Made by a program: the position numbers and the translations under genes | Part shown: positions 25,028-36,193 of the stretch, in pieces | Numbering within the stretch: position 1 is the first letter of the stretch | Layout: the number at the start of each line of letters is the position of its first letter | DNA from: Eutreptiella sp. 'Long Island Sound 2002' | Lineage: Eukaryota > Protista > Euglenida | Direction: 5' to 3' | NCBI GenBank assembly: GCA_964036045.1 | Contig: OZ038378.1 | Span: forward strand, 200,322,001-200,386,000 | DNA length: 64,000 nt | Notes under the pieces: model-generated | Databases searched by the model: none | The model's input: only the letters and a program-made list of their open reading frames with translations | Told to the model about the DNA's origin: nothing

Positions 25028-28000
25028 TTCCTTTGTGCTTGTATAACTTCGAACCTGCTGTCCGAAAATATGAAGCCCTTACCATTGCAAACCAATTGTT
25101 ATTACCGTAGCATTGCATATCGTTGACAGTGGTTCCACCAGCTCTAACCCATCCCCTGTGGCGCAGAATGTTTGACGGCGCGCTTCAGGGATCGCTTCGG
25201 GATGGCGTCTCAGACCCTGGGGAAGCATTATCCCGTGTACACATGAGGGACTGCAGAAATTTCAACGCCCTTCTGGAAGGGGGCACAGGTAGCGAAGCCC
25301 CACTGCTTCTGGGGCGTGGGAAGGGGGTTCCAGTCAGCATTTGAGGGCATCCCAGGGCCCTGGGTCTGATATTTTGCTGGCATCTGTGCTTCAACAGTGG
25401 TGCACGTGACTTGAGACATCTGCGGAATGCGATGCAGCACGTGCCAGGGCGGCACGGGGGCTTTGTTTTGTTTGTCGTCGGTACTCCTGCAAGCCAAACA
25501 ATATACTTATAATCCTCATGTCCTCCGCATGAACCCAACTAATATTAATCCCTGACTGCACCTCATCTCATTTTGTTTGCTAGCTCCGGATCGCATTTGG
25601 AGGAAAATACGAACGAGGATTGAAGCATGGTGTATAATATGCACTGCCTGCTTTCTTGTGCATGCGATCAACAAGTGTTGCGCAGAAACGGCAATATTTG
25701 ACAAACATGACCTCTGGATACTGCTCGGCAACTGGACCCGCAAGAAGGGATTTCTACGTTTCTTCTTCTGTCAGGCCAAGGACTTAATTGTTGTAAGTAG
25801 CGTGTCCACTTCAAGCAGCGATCAGCATGCACCGCATTGCACAAATCCATGACAAGGCATATTGAGATTTTAGTATGCCTGTAGAGTACAAGGCATACAC
25901 AGGTAAAATCACAGTGAAAACTCCTGATTAAATAATTCTACACTTAAATCCTCTGCCAGCATTCTATCGCGATGCGCGCATGTGCTGTGACTCAATTCAA
26001 CAAGCTACAAACTAACTAATGCAGAAAATACTCGGGTTTACTACACTCCCCTCACAAGCTCAGTGCTGAATAACACACACAACTGATGAACACAAGGATT
26101 TTGTACTCACAAACACACAAGTATGCCGAAAAATAATATGACACTCAGAACTCAACATACTGAAGTCAGAGGGGGGAGTGGGGGGGGGGGGGGGGCTGAG
26201 CAGAGCTCAGTCACTGCCACCAGGCTTAAATAGTTAGTATTATGGTGGTTCATACTCTGTGGACCCAACCCGGCATTCTTTTAGGGACCCAGCACAGAGC
26301 TGCACGGGGGGGGGGGGGGGCGGAGTGAGCAGCACTCAGTCACTGTCCCAGTCAGACTATACAACCCTCAACACAGGAAAAAAACCAAGCCCGCTACCAC
26401 AAGGGCAAGTAAACCCACCTATGCTGATGGGGGGTTAAAACTGATGGGCTTAACCTGACTGTGATCTGTATTGGTGCTCCAGCACCTCCCCAAGAAATCC
26501 TGCTGCACTGCAGCCGGGCGGGCTGCAGCCAGACTGAACCTCAGGCAATTGTTATTAAAAAGAACCCATCAAAAAATCATGCACACATTGGGTTAAAGAT
26601 TACAAAGATTAGAAAGTACACACATACAAAATTTCTGGTATCCATTCCACAGCTGCACTGACATCTTGCATTTCTACCACTGAGATCTCTGCAATGAATT
26701 TGCAAAACAACCAAAAGATGTTGTGCACCCAGAGGACCAAACACAGGCAGAGCATACCGTGGAGCAAAGCCAGCACAAAAGCAGCATTTCCTATCTTTGT
26801 CTGCAAACACTGCTGAGTGCTGAAACCCATTTAGTTTTTGCAGACGTCAATCTTCCGGATAATATATAATTACTTCACTCTTTGAAAATTATCATCGCTG
26901 CTCTGGTTTTTTGGTTTGCTCTGAGACTCCACTGATGCCGCTCTCTGAGGCTGGACGCGTAGATGAGGTGAGGCATAGGGTAAGGGTCAATCAGGAGAAA
27001 ATACACAACCATGTGTGGACACAACGCATCCACACAAAGCCAAAAAAAAAAAACACCACAACGCTCGAGGCATGTGAAAAAAATACTAGCTGAACAACCA
27101 ACCAATATGCAAACAGCACTTCTGAGCTAGAACGGCTACAACAAAGCACCACGACTGAAGGTGGGCACTGCACCCCATGGAGCGAAACAACACAACGGCC
27201 AGCCAACAAGCACATTTCTAGCTTTTTCATTCATGGGGTTACGTTGGTGGACTAGTCATTTTGGGCCTTGCGACTAAGCTAGCTACAGGCAGGCTTGCAA
27301 CAACAAGGGAACGGGGGCTGGATTCCACTTCAGCTTTCAGGATTTTCATTGCAACCGGCTCGTGCAAACCTTTAGGGGGTGGCGGCGGCTTCACGCCTAT
27401 GCCTACAGTGGGAAACTCCTGTAAAAATTAGCAACTGGGTCCAAGACTGAGCAAAGTTCAAGATGAACGGAGTCAAAGTCTGAACGGAGTTCACAACAGG
27501 GTGCGTCAAGATTGCATAGGCGTGCTCTTCTTAACTTGGAGTCAATGTCAACGGCTGTGGAGCTTGCAGCAGACAAGGAGCTGGTACAACAACCGCTCGT
27601 TGCTGCGCAACAACGCCACGCAGAAGAAGTGAAATGCGAGCGTAGGTGTGCTGATAAGGCTTTAAAGGCTTTGCATCGACGAATGCGTCTGCAGGAGGCT
27701 CTTGCGAAGGAACAAGAGAGTGCTGCATGTTGGCGAGGAACAAGAGAGTGCTGCGTGTCGGCGAGAAGAGGAGTTGGAGCTGTGCAACTTTTGAATGGGA
27801 AACTGGCGGCACGTGACTCCAGTGTTGCTGAGTTGCTTGTGATCACGTCGTGTACATAGGCGAACCACATAAATATAGACGCTCGGTGGTGCATGAGCCA
27901 TGGGCAGCCACAATGGGCTACACCGAGTGCCACAGCGGCCCACAAGCAGCCCTAGTTGTTCATGAATCAGCCACGGCCCCCCTGTATTATAGCCATATGT

Positions 28001-28289
28001 GGATAGAGCTGAACCGCATGGACCCGCAAGAATGTTGACATATTTTAAAAAATCGGAGAACATGCGCACTTTTTCACAGTGAGTAGCGCTCAAGTAGCCG
28101 TGGTGGCCACCAGCAGGCAAGTGGCCGTGCAACTGGCTTGGCATCACCGAGTAGAGCGGCACAAGGCGCGAACACGCAGGCCAATCAAGAGCTGTGCGAG
28201 GGGGCATGTAGACGAAATACGGCTAACGGAACATTACGACTGTTAAGCCAATTAATGCCATAATGTTCCAGAAGATGCGAGACTTGTTC

Positions 28290-28960
28290 CAAAAGACATG
28301 ATACATCTACCGGAACTGTAAAACAATTTGCTAGACGTTGTGGAACACTCCATACTGTTCCAAAAGACGTAATACGTTTGTCGGAACAGTATGGCAAAAT
28401 GTTACATGCAACATATAGTTCCACTAGATGCACCATTTACTATCCACACAATGGTTTTTTATTGTTTTAAATTTTCTGCTTTCATTTCCTGAGCAACTTT
28501 GCTGAGATTTCATTTTGGACATCTTTAACGTCTTTATTCAACTGTCGTGTAGGGATACCATTTTTTTGTACTAGCTTTTGTATTCCATCTAAATCATTTC
28601 TTCTTCCTTCAAATACTTGCAACAAGTCTCCAAATATAGTTTCCATCCTTCGCTGTCATTTGGTAGACAACTGTTGAACTCTTTCGGACCACTTCTCTGT
28701 TCCAACGGTTAGTATCTTCAAATAGTTTCTAGTGCTCCCTCATTTGTTTAAAAAAAGATATCAGATTTTTCAATTCAGCCCAATCAATCTATGATTGCAA
28801 ATAGTTTTTATGACTATGTATCATCGATGTCTGACTCACTGTCTCCAAATGCCGTTTAAGTTCTCGACAATCAAGCAGAACTAGTTAGAAAATATTCTGC
28901 CAGAGTTCTTGCAGCTCTTGGGTTGTTGAATCAATCACATGAAGACACATACATATGTCA
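28290..28960 (-). pseudogene. Possibly decayed hAT-like transposase fragment
   Basis: AT-rich, multiple stops; IDWAELKNLISFFKQMREH resembles the hAT W..L..L..FL..F motif and RLANCFTVPV resembles the C-terminal dimerisation region. Similarity is weak. Confidence 0.3.
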
Positions 28961-29087
28961 AAACAACACACATTAGACATGTCCCTTGCACATGGTTATA
29001 CATAACATAACATATGATAACATAATATAACGTAGTGGGTGGGTCTGGCCTGGGGTTGGTTGGTAGAGCTGGATCCTACGTCTAACT

Positions 29088-29524
29088 TAAGGTTCGGAAT
29101 CGGTTTTACCAATTAATCGGATAATCGGATTAATTGGATTAATTGGGTCTAGTGTGACAAATAATCGGTAAAACTGATTATTTTGAAAACTGGTATAAAC
29201 CAATTAATCGGAGAAGTTATGTATGAAAAAGAAATATTTCGTTGATACCTCATGAAATGTTTCTTATCAAAAACCAAAGGATTTTGCAAAATCACATGAT
29301 TTGGGATAAAAGTCAAAGGTTTAGCCTGTCTTTCACCTCTATTTTCACATTTACTATCCCTTAGGTAAAAGTTCACAGCTTTTCGGCAATAATTGCATTA
29401 TGTAGACACAACAATCGAAAATAACCGATTATTTTTATGTCATATAATCGGAATAATTGGTTATTTTTACACAAATAATTGAAAACAATCGGTTATTTTT
29501 GCATGAAACCAATTCCGAACCTTA
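29088..29524. mobile_element. AT-rich hAT-type MITE, family E
   Basis: TIRs TAAGGTTCGGAATCGGTTT and AAACCAATTCCGAACCTTA (18/19); TSD GTCTAACT / CTCTAACT (7/8); many subterminal AATCGG/CCGATT motifs. Confidence 0.88.
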
Positions 29525-30535
29525 CTCTAACTTTTTGTCATACTGTTGTCCTAGACGCAGTGCATCTTTTGGTACAACTCTTAAGTCTTATGGAACAGTA
29601 TAAGCTGTTCTAAAAACAGCAGTCTTCTTGTTCCGCTAGATGTATTTTGTCTACCATCTCCATTAGAGCGATCGACCATACCCTAGTGGTTAACCATGTG
29701 TGCTCTAGGGAGGAGGACCTGGGTTCCAACTCCACTACCCCGAAACTTTTACCAAATGTTTTCGCTTCAGTTTGAGAATATTTGAGGAATGCCCCTTGAT
29801 TTGGATACCATACACAGTACATTACGTTGTTTTCCGAGGTACCAAGAGTGTAAAAAGTTTCTATGAACCGAGGAGAGTGTCATTAGCTGGTTTGAAGTAT
29901 TTACTAAGGCAATTTCATGGGATTTGAGCCTTTTTCCTTGGTCCTACTAGCTGTGCTTGATCAACTAGTACTCCAAGGGAGAGTAAGAAAAAGCCACTGC
30001 CACATCTTTTGTGCGGGACAAGCCCTATTCTTTACGAAGTATTAAACACTAACACTTAATCATTTTTTCCATCCTTTTGAAGCATGAAAGTACAATTTTC
30101 AAAGTAACTAGCGGAACAGCGGAGGTATCTTCCTTGATGGAGGTATTACCGAAATAATCTAGGCACTTCATGCCTTTTTCCTTCAAGGTTAAGCCTAGTG
30201 GTCTCCCACCTCAAGGCTTGTAATGAGACTGTTGGTACCTGGTCTTCCCGTACCTCAATCTCACTGAATCACCCAAGCGGAGCACAACGCTATTGATGAT
30301 CGGATTATTTCGGCAAAGTGAACGGAGTCGGATACTGAACTATTGTAGTTCAGAAAATATGGCTTTGCATGCCTAAACAAAAGAAATGATATTTTAAGCA
30401 CAAAGCACATGTGTTAAAGTGCACAGCAAACAATCCGTATAGTTACAGGCTTGCTCTATGCACTTACGCTTTACGACTCCATCTTATCCTACGATCTGGC
30501 GCTTCCGCGATTTCAGGTATACACCTGCAATCCGC

Positions 30536-32384
30536 TTTCAGATCTAATTCTGAAATTACAGATCTAATTCTGAAATTAGCGCATTCTGCACTCTGCTGTG
30601 CCAATCCCATTACACTCCCCTCCTAAAATACTTCATACTTCTCAGTGTGTGGCTCAAAAGCATGAAGTGTTTGATACAAAATTATATGAGGTTGGCACTG
30701 CAAACTTTTGGCGCACAAAGTGCTGCCAAGTGCACACCTACACAGATACTACAGTGCATTAAGAAATGAAACAAAAGTTGGAGTAAATATCTGCTTTAGC
30801 CTTGTTGTGTTGTACTGATGTGTAGTACCTCGTGCCTGGTGCACTGTGCAGCCTAAGGTAAAATGCTTTTTTGCATCCACCAGTCAGTGGTGGTATGTGG
30901 GACTCAGCAATGCCACTACCCACTAAAACCCTTAGGACGTGGCGCCCGGGGCTGCCATGAGCCAATGGCGAAGCCTGGAGGGGTAGGTCTTTAGCCTGGC
31001 ATAATATAGCTTTAATACTAAAATTAAGCTTCACCAAATGAGGCCTTGAGTGGCCACAGGCCTGGTGCTTTCAAAGAGTGCCCAATGTTTTTCCTAGGGG
31101 AAAACCCAAGAGAAAACCGTGCACAGTTTTACTCACTCACCCTGCTGCTTGTTTAGGTTTCCCCAACAACAAACAAGCCAAGGTCCACGGCTCAGCACAA
31201 AAAAGACAGACAATGTCTGCTGTGCTCCTTGTGTGCTCTATTCAGCTGGCGCGTATGCTGCCAAACAGGGACTTCCCAAGTGCTCGGCCAATACCAAGCA
31301 GCCTGGGTGTCAGCACCCTGTGCTCTCACAATATGAACAAAAAAAGAAGCAAGCCCATATATTAGCGCTACAAATGAAAGCGGTTGGTGTCGCCTGAACT
31401 TTCAAAAGCGACGTTAAACAGAAAGTCAATTTTTACATCCAGGCTAAATCTGAAGTGAATTTGCGCCCCAGAGCCTTGCTATGGCGCAATTGAAACACCA
31501 GGCTTATAGAAGCTTCCTTACGGCGCTCGCTAGCGCCACACTCGCCCACTGAGCCTCAGAAGAGACTCGCAGCACAATAGCGCTGAGGTCGTCGCACTCA
31601 GGCTGCAGGACCTCCAACAGCGCTCACACAGCACATTGTTGTCGCACTTGGTGAGCATCTCGCTTGCCGCACAGCAGAACAGCGCTGAGGCCTGTCATCC
31701 TGCTTGCAAGACCTCCAGTAGCGCTCGCACAACACGCTGCTGCCACACATGGCGAGCATCTCGTTGGTCGCATAGCACAAAAGCGCTTAGGCCTTGTCAT
31801 CCTGCTTGCAAGACCTCCAATAGCGCTCGCACAGCACGCTGCTGCCGCACTTGGCGGCCACCTCGTTTGCCGCGCGTGTTTGTGCGCTCCGGCGTAGCTA
31901 ATGAGCTTGGTGAGCTTGGCGAAGAGCTGAGCCGCTGTTCCTGCGCAGCAGTGGGCTTTTGCACGTTACGGCGCGCCGCAGTGTCACGCACTGCTGGCTG
32001 GCGTCGCGCATTGGTACCAGCAGCGTCCTCATCTGGAATCCTTTTGCCCTGCACACTGGCGCCGCTCTCCAAATGCTGCACACGGCCACAGAGCTGCTCC
32101 ATGCGTCGTTCCAAGCTTCGAAAGCGCTGCTCGCGGTGGTCAGCTGCAGGAGGCATGCACAGCTCCTTCGAGCAAGTGAACATACTGCGCGTATTGTGCA
32201 GACTCAACATCACGTCGTCCCCAGCCCTCCTCCAACTCCAAGCGATATAGTTCGTTCTGGAACTCCCTTAACCGCTGTACGGCGTCTTCGCCCTCACGAA
32301 AAAAATGTAATGGGATTGGCACAGCAGAGTGCAAAATGCGCTAATTTCAGAATTAGATCTGTAATTTCAGAATTAGATCTGAAA
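30536..32384. repeat. 79-bp inverted repeat pair (30536-30614 and 32306-32384) enclosing ~1.7 kb
   Basis: 30536-30614 is the reverse complement of 32306-32384 with 1 mismatch. Confidence 0.9.
31570..31860 (+). repeat. ~102-bp minisatellite, about 3 diverged units, decayed 34-codon repeat
   Basis: GACCTCCA at ~31609, ~31710 and ~31812; one frame gives repeated (L/S)CLQDLQxRSHxTLLxHxxSIS with stops. Confidence 0.75.
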
Positions 32385-32424
32385 TTAGCGCATTCTGCAC
32401 TCTGCTGTGCCAATCCCATTACAT
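32305..32424. repeat. 120-bp near-perfect palindrome (47-bp arms)
   Basis: ATGTAATGGGATTGGCACAGCAGAGTGCAAAATGCGCTAATTTCAGA ... TCTGAAATTAGCGCATTCTGCACTCTGCTGTGCCAATCCCATTACAT, 1 mismatch. Confidence 0.92.
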
Positions 32425-32795
32425 GCTTAGATACTCAAAAGGTTCATCTACTTAATGTGGTTCTATTTTGTAACTAATTTTGAATTCAGTTGCCTAGCCA
32501 AGTTGGCCGAGCCATATCCTGTGTTTGGCCCAACCTACATGCCCCAGATTCCTAACGTACTCCATTGCATTCCAAACTGTGCACATGAAATGCTTATCAA
32601 TGTCTGTTGGGCCAGACTGTTGTCAGTTTTCACATTAAAACCATTTGCTTTGTTTATAAAAGACTAATGCTTTGTATTTAAGCCTGCTTTGTCCATGTGC
32701 AGCCCCTCTTTCCTACTTATGCTTTGATTTGGAAACATACTTTCCTAACTTGATTTGATCTGGTGCTTTTTGGTGCCTATCATTGCTCTACTACT

Positions 32796-33593
32796 AGTAA
32801 GAAAAAGTGCTTTTCCATTGCTTTGGGACATACTCTAGTTGTATTAGAGATGCACTGAGCATCCATGCATTTTTATCTTAGTATTGTTCCAGCCAAAAGT
32901 GGTGAGAACACATTTTGACCTATGGAACCAAACACCCAATCAGGATATGGAGTGGACCCCTTAATCCCCTTTCAATCAGAAGTAAAACATCTTTTCCTGA
33001 GTTGACTGAGCACTGACATACCTAAGGTAGAGCCTATGAATTTATCTATGTTTTTCCATGAATACTTATCTGCCCTAGTGGTATGCACCATAGGGGGTTA
33101 GGCACCTCTTTTTGAGAGGTCCTGGGTTCAATTCCTGGTCAGCCTAACTAAGTAGGAAGATCCCATGTGACATGGCAGTGACCTCATCGCCACATACCAT
33201 GCCACCTCAGCACATATGGGACCCAAAACAAAGAGTGCACATCTCCTAAGATGGCACTATGGAGAGAGAGTGATCCTGAGGCAGTTTTCTAACTCTTTTC
33301 CCAAAACATTTCAGCTATCTCTGTGAATATGCATTCATTTGTATCCTGAGTTGCAGTTTCTGTGAATATCTAATCATCTTTCACTGTTTACACTGCAGCC
33401 CTTCATGCTTTGATCCTGAATTACCTTCTCCTTGCATACTATTGGCTTGGGCTATCCTGGATTGAGTTGGCTTTACTGTATTTCAACAAACAAAAGCTTT
33501 TCATCATCCAAAACCAGCAGCAGGACACCCTACAGCAACAACAAGCAGCAGGAGAAGCAAAAACACAGTGCTGAAAACACTATAAACTTTTCT
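32796..33593 (+). repeat. 5' LTR (798 bp), AGTAAG...TTTTCT
   Basis: Differs from the 3' LTR by 2 substitutions and one AG microsatellite unit. Confidence 0.97.
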
Positions 33594-33605
33594 GGTAGCA
33601 AGAGG
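33593..33605 (+). promoter_or_regulatory. Primer-binding site (TGGTAGCAAGAGG), overlapping the LTR end by 1 nt
   Basis: TGG immediately at the LTR end; resembles the complement of the initiator tRNA-Met 3' end (TGGTAGCAGAGG) with one extra A. Cognate tRNA not verified. Confidence 0.7.
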
Positions 33606-33691
33606 CAGCCTGTCTCTGTGCACCGGCAGCGACCCCGCGCCGTACAACCAGTGCTCCGAGCAGGCAAACATAAGCAGAAGGGTGGATTAAG

Positions 33692-36193
33692 ATGGATCCA
33701 GGAAGAGTGGACGCCGATGTGAACACAGCGCCAGCGCCTGAGGCACCGGCAAGGCCGGCGCCTGACGCTGTACCTTCGGTGGAGCCCTTACATGGGCCAA
33801 TGGATACGGCGGAGGACTCCCTGGATGGCCTCCAGACGGCCTTCGGGGCCCTGTCGGTCAAAGAAGTGGTCTCTCAACCTCAGCCTGTGAAGAGGAAGAG
33901 AGGGAACGAGAGCGAGAAGGATGCTGGAGAAGGAGCAGACGAAGGAGAGGAGCAAGGGCAAGACCCGACGGATGTCCCTACCTTCGAAGGCGCACCAAGC
34001 GCTTCTGGCCTCCATGCATCACCCTCTCCCATAACCACCACACTCCCAGCCGCCGCTACATCCACTTCCACAACCAACCCGCCTATGGCAGAGGGCACAG
34101 GCTTTACTGGCATGCCTCACTACCCCGCCTATGGCATGGGCCCACCTACCACTGCGCTCCTTGAGGCAACTACTGCCAGTGAGCCGGTGGCTTCCAGCTC
34201 TGCGCCGCGTTGGTATGCGGCTGACCATCCCCATCCACTCCACGCCACTGGAACCTACATGGAAGTTCCTGGGTATGCTCCTGGGTGTGCACCTGGGTAT
34301 GCACCCCTGAGTGGGTTGAGGAGAGGACCAGAGTCTCTGGGAGGCAGGAGTAGAGGATCGGGAAGATCCTCCAACAGGTCCCTGACGCGGTCGGAGATCA
34401 ATGAGGTGCTCCGAGGAGCCACTTCGCAAATCGTGAGCGACCTCACGCAAGAGATCAGGGAGAAACTGCAGCCCCTGATGATCCCGTCCCATGCGTCACC
34501 TACGACGGTGGGAATGTCACCCCACCGAGTACAGGCTAACCACCTGGCAGCAGGGTTGACAAATACCCTGGGGAGCCTGAGGAGCCGACCGATGCCGACT
34601 CCTGCAGCAGTACCGAGAAGTCCATTCGTCCCGAGGACAGCCCAGCCGCCCTACAGCCACGTGACGAACTCGACGAGGGCCGAGCTGGACCAGCTGGGGC
34701 TGACAGCCCTAAGGGCTATGGTGGACGTGGAGCCTTATGGCTCCAGTGATCTAGGCGGAGACCCCTCCGATGATGGGCCGCCGTCGATGACTTCTTCTTC
34801 GCCATCGGATGACGAAGACCCTGAGGACCCCGAGGACCCCAAGGGTAAGAAGAAGAAGAAGAAGAAGAAGAAGACCCGACGCCCTGAAGGACGCCGAGCT
34901 CAGGAGGCGAAGGCTATTGCCACCTCCAAGATAGTGGTGAACCTGCCTGAGTTCACAGGCAAGGACCTCAGCGAGTTCGCTGAGAACTTTGGCCGGTTCC
35001 TACGACTGACCGGCCAAACCCACGCGAGTGGGCGAGTGAAGTGCGACCTGCTCCTGCAGTGCTGCAAGACGAAGTACCTGGAGAAGCAGGTCAGGCAGAT
35101 CGTCACTAACTCCGCCACCTTTGCCGACGTGTTGGTTGCCCTGGAGAGGCAGTACCCAATCTACGAGACAGACCTCTCCATCAGGGCCGAGATCCAGAAC
35201 CTGCCCGTCCTGCCCAACAACCCCAAACCCGGCAGGGTCTCCGAGCTGTTGGCGGACCTGGACCACTGGGCTGGACGGCTGACGCCCGGTTCCTACAGCA
35301 GCGACGACCTGCTGTTTTGGTTGTGCTCCAAGCTCCCCCGAGAGCTATGGGACGAGTGCCGTTTGACGGCTGAGCGCAAGGCTAGATCCCTCCGCTACGA
35401 GGATCTTTGCGTGCTGCTCCTGGAGATGGCGCTGGAGAAGGAGAGCGACCAACACCTGAACCACTACCGTCCTGGTGGTGGAGGTTCTGGAGGCAAAGGG
35501 TACCAAGGGTCCCGACCTGGGCAGGGGACTACCCCCAAACACGCCCACGCCCGCCTAATGGAGAACGTGAAGGAGCTATTCTGGTGTGATGCCAGAGATG
35601 AGCAGGGCCACCTGCAGCACGCCTCTGACTGCGAGCAGCGAGACTGCTTCGTCGTCCAGGGGAAGCAGCAGGAGAAGATCACCGGCGCCAAAGTGAAGCT
35701 GCCGGATCATTACCGCTGCACCATCACGTGTGCATTCTGCGGTAAGCGGAAACACTACGAGGACGAGTGCTACCATAAGCAACGCCTATCGGCGAAGCTT
35801 AAGGGGGAAGATCCTGGCAAAAGCTCAGGCAAAGGTGGAGGCAAGGCCAAAGGCAACGACTCCGGCAAGGGCAAGTCGAAAGGACGTGGTCAAGGTGGTC
35901 AAGACAAGGGTCAAGGTGGACGAGGAGGAGGCGCTAACCGCCAGAACGACCACAAGAACAAGGACAAGAACGGAGGTAACCCCAACCCTAATCCAGGGGG
36001 GAACTCCGAGCCCTCTGGAGGGCAGTCTGGACCTACCACACGCTCACAGACGCAGGCCCAGCAAGAACAAGGAGCCAAGCGTGAGCATGAAGGTGGAGAT
36101 GACGGCAACGCCAAGAAGAGAAGCCGTTTCATGAGGATGGCCCGCAAATTGCGGAACAAGGGGTTCGAGGTGACCTGTCCCGCGGAATTCTGA
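33692..36193 (+). CDS. gag: Gag (833 aa)
   Basis: Long ORF after the PBS; capsid-like region (LPEFTGKDLSEFAENFGRFL); CX2CX4HX4C knuckle CAFCGKRKHYEDEC at 35729-35770; poly-Lys stretch; Gly/Lys-rich tail. Confidence 0.93.
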   Translation: MDPGRVDADVNTAPAPEAPARPAPDAVPSVEPLHGPMDTAEDSLDGLQTAFGALSVKEVVSQPQPVKRKRGNESEKDAGEGADEGEEQGQDPTDVPTFEGAPSASGLHASPSPITTTLPAAATSTSTTNPPMAEGTGFTGMPHYPAYGMGPPTTALLEATTASEPVASSSAPRWYAADHPHPLHATGTYMEVPGYAPGCAPGYAPLSGLRRGPESLGGRSRGSGRSSNRSLTRSEINEVLRGATSQIVSDLTQEIREKLQPLMIPSHASPTTVGMSPHRVQANHLAAGLTNTLGSLRSRPMPTPAAVPRSPFVPRTAQPPYSHVTNSTRAELDQLGLTALRAMVDVEPYGSSDLGGDPSDDGPPSMTSSSPSDDEDPEDPEDPKGKKKKKKKKKTRRPEGRRAQEAKAIATSKIVVNLPEFTGKDLSEFAENFGRFLRLTGQTHASGRVKCDLLLQCCKTKYLEKQVRQIVTNSATFADVLVALERQYPIYETDLSIRAEIQNLPVLPNNPKPGRVSELLADLDHWAGRLTPGSYSSDDLLFWLCSKLPRELWDECRLTAERKARSLRYEDLCVLLLEMALEKESDQHLNHYRPGGGGSGGKGYQGSRPGQGTTPKHAHARLMENVKELFWCDARDEQGHLQHASDCEQRDCFVVQGKQQEKITGAKVKLPDHYRCTITCAFCGKRKHYEDECYHKQRLSAKLKGEDPGKSSGKGGGKAKGNDSGKGKSKGRGQGGQDKGQGGRGGGANRQNDHKNKDKNGGNPNPNPGGNSEPSGGQSGPTTRSQTQAQQEQGAKREHEGGDDGNAKKRSRFMRMARKLRNKGFEVTCPAEF

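Noticed and set aside
25584-27430. Additional plus-strand membrane-protein exons (25584-25786, ~26843-26933, ~27090-27155)
   Set aside because: Individual frames look protein-like, but no consistent splice chain could be built.
31570-31860. CRISPR-like array
   Set aside because: Units are diverged along their whole length with no unique spacers; eukaryotic context; no cas genes.
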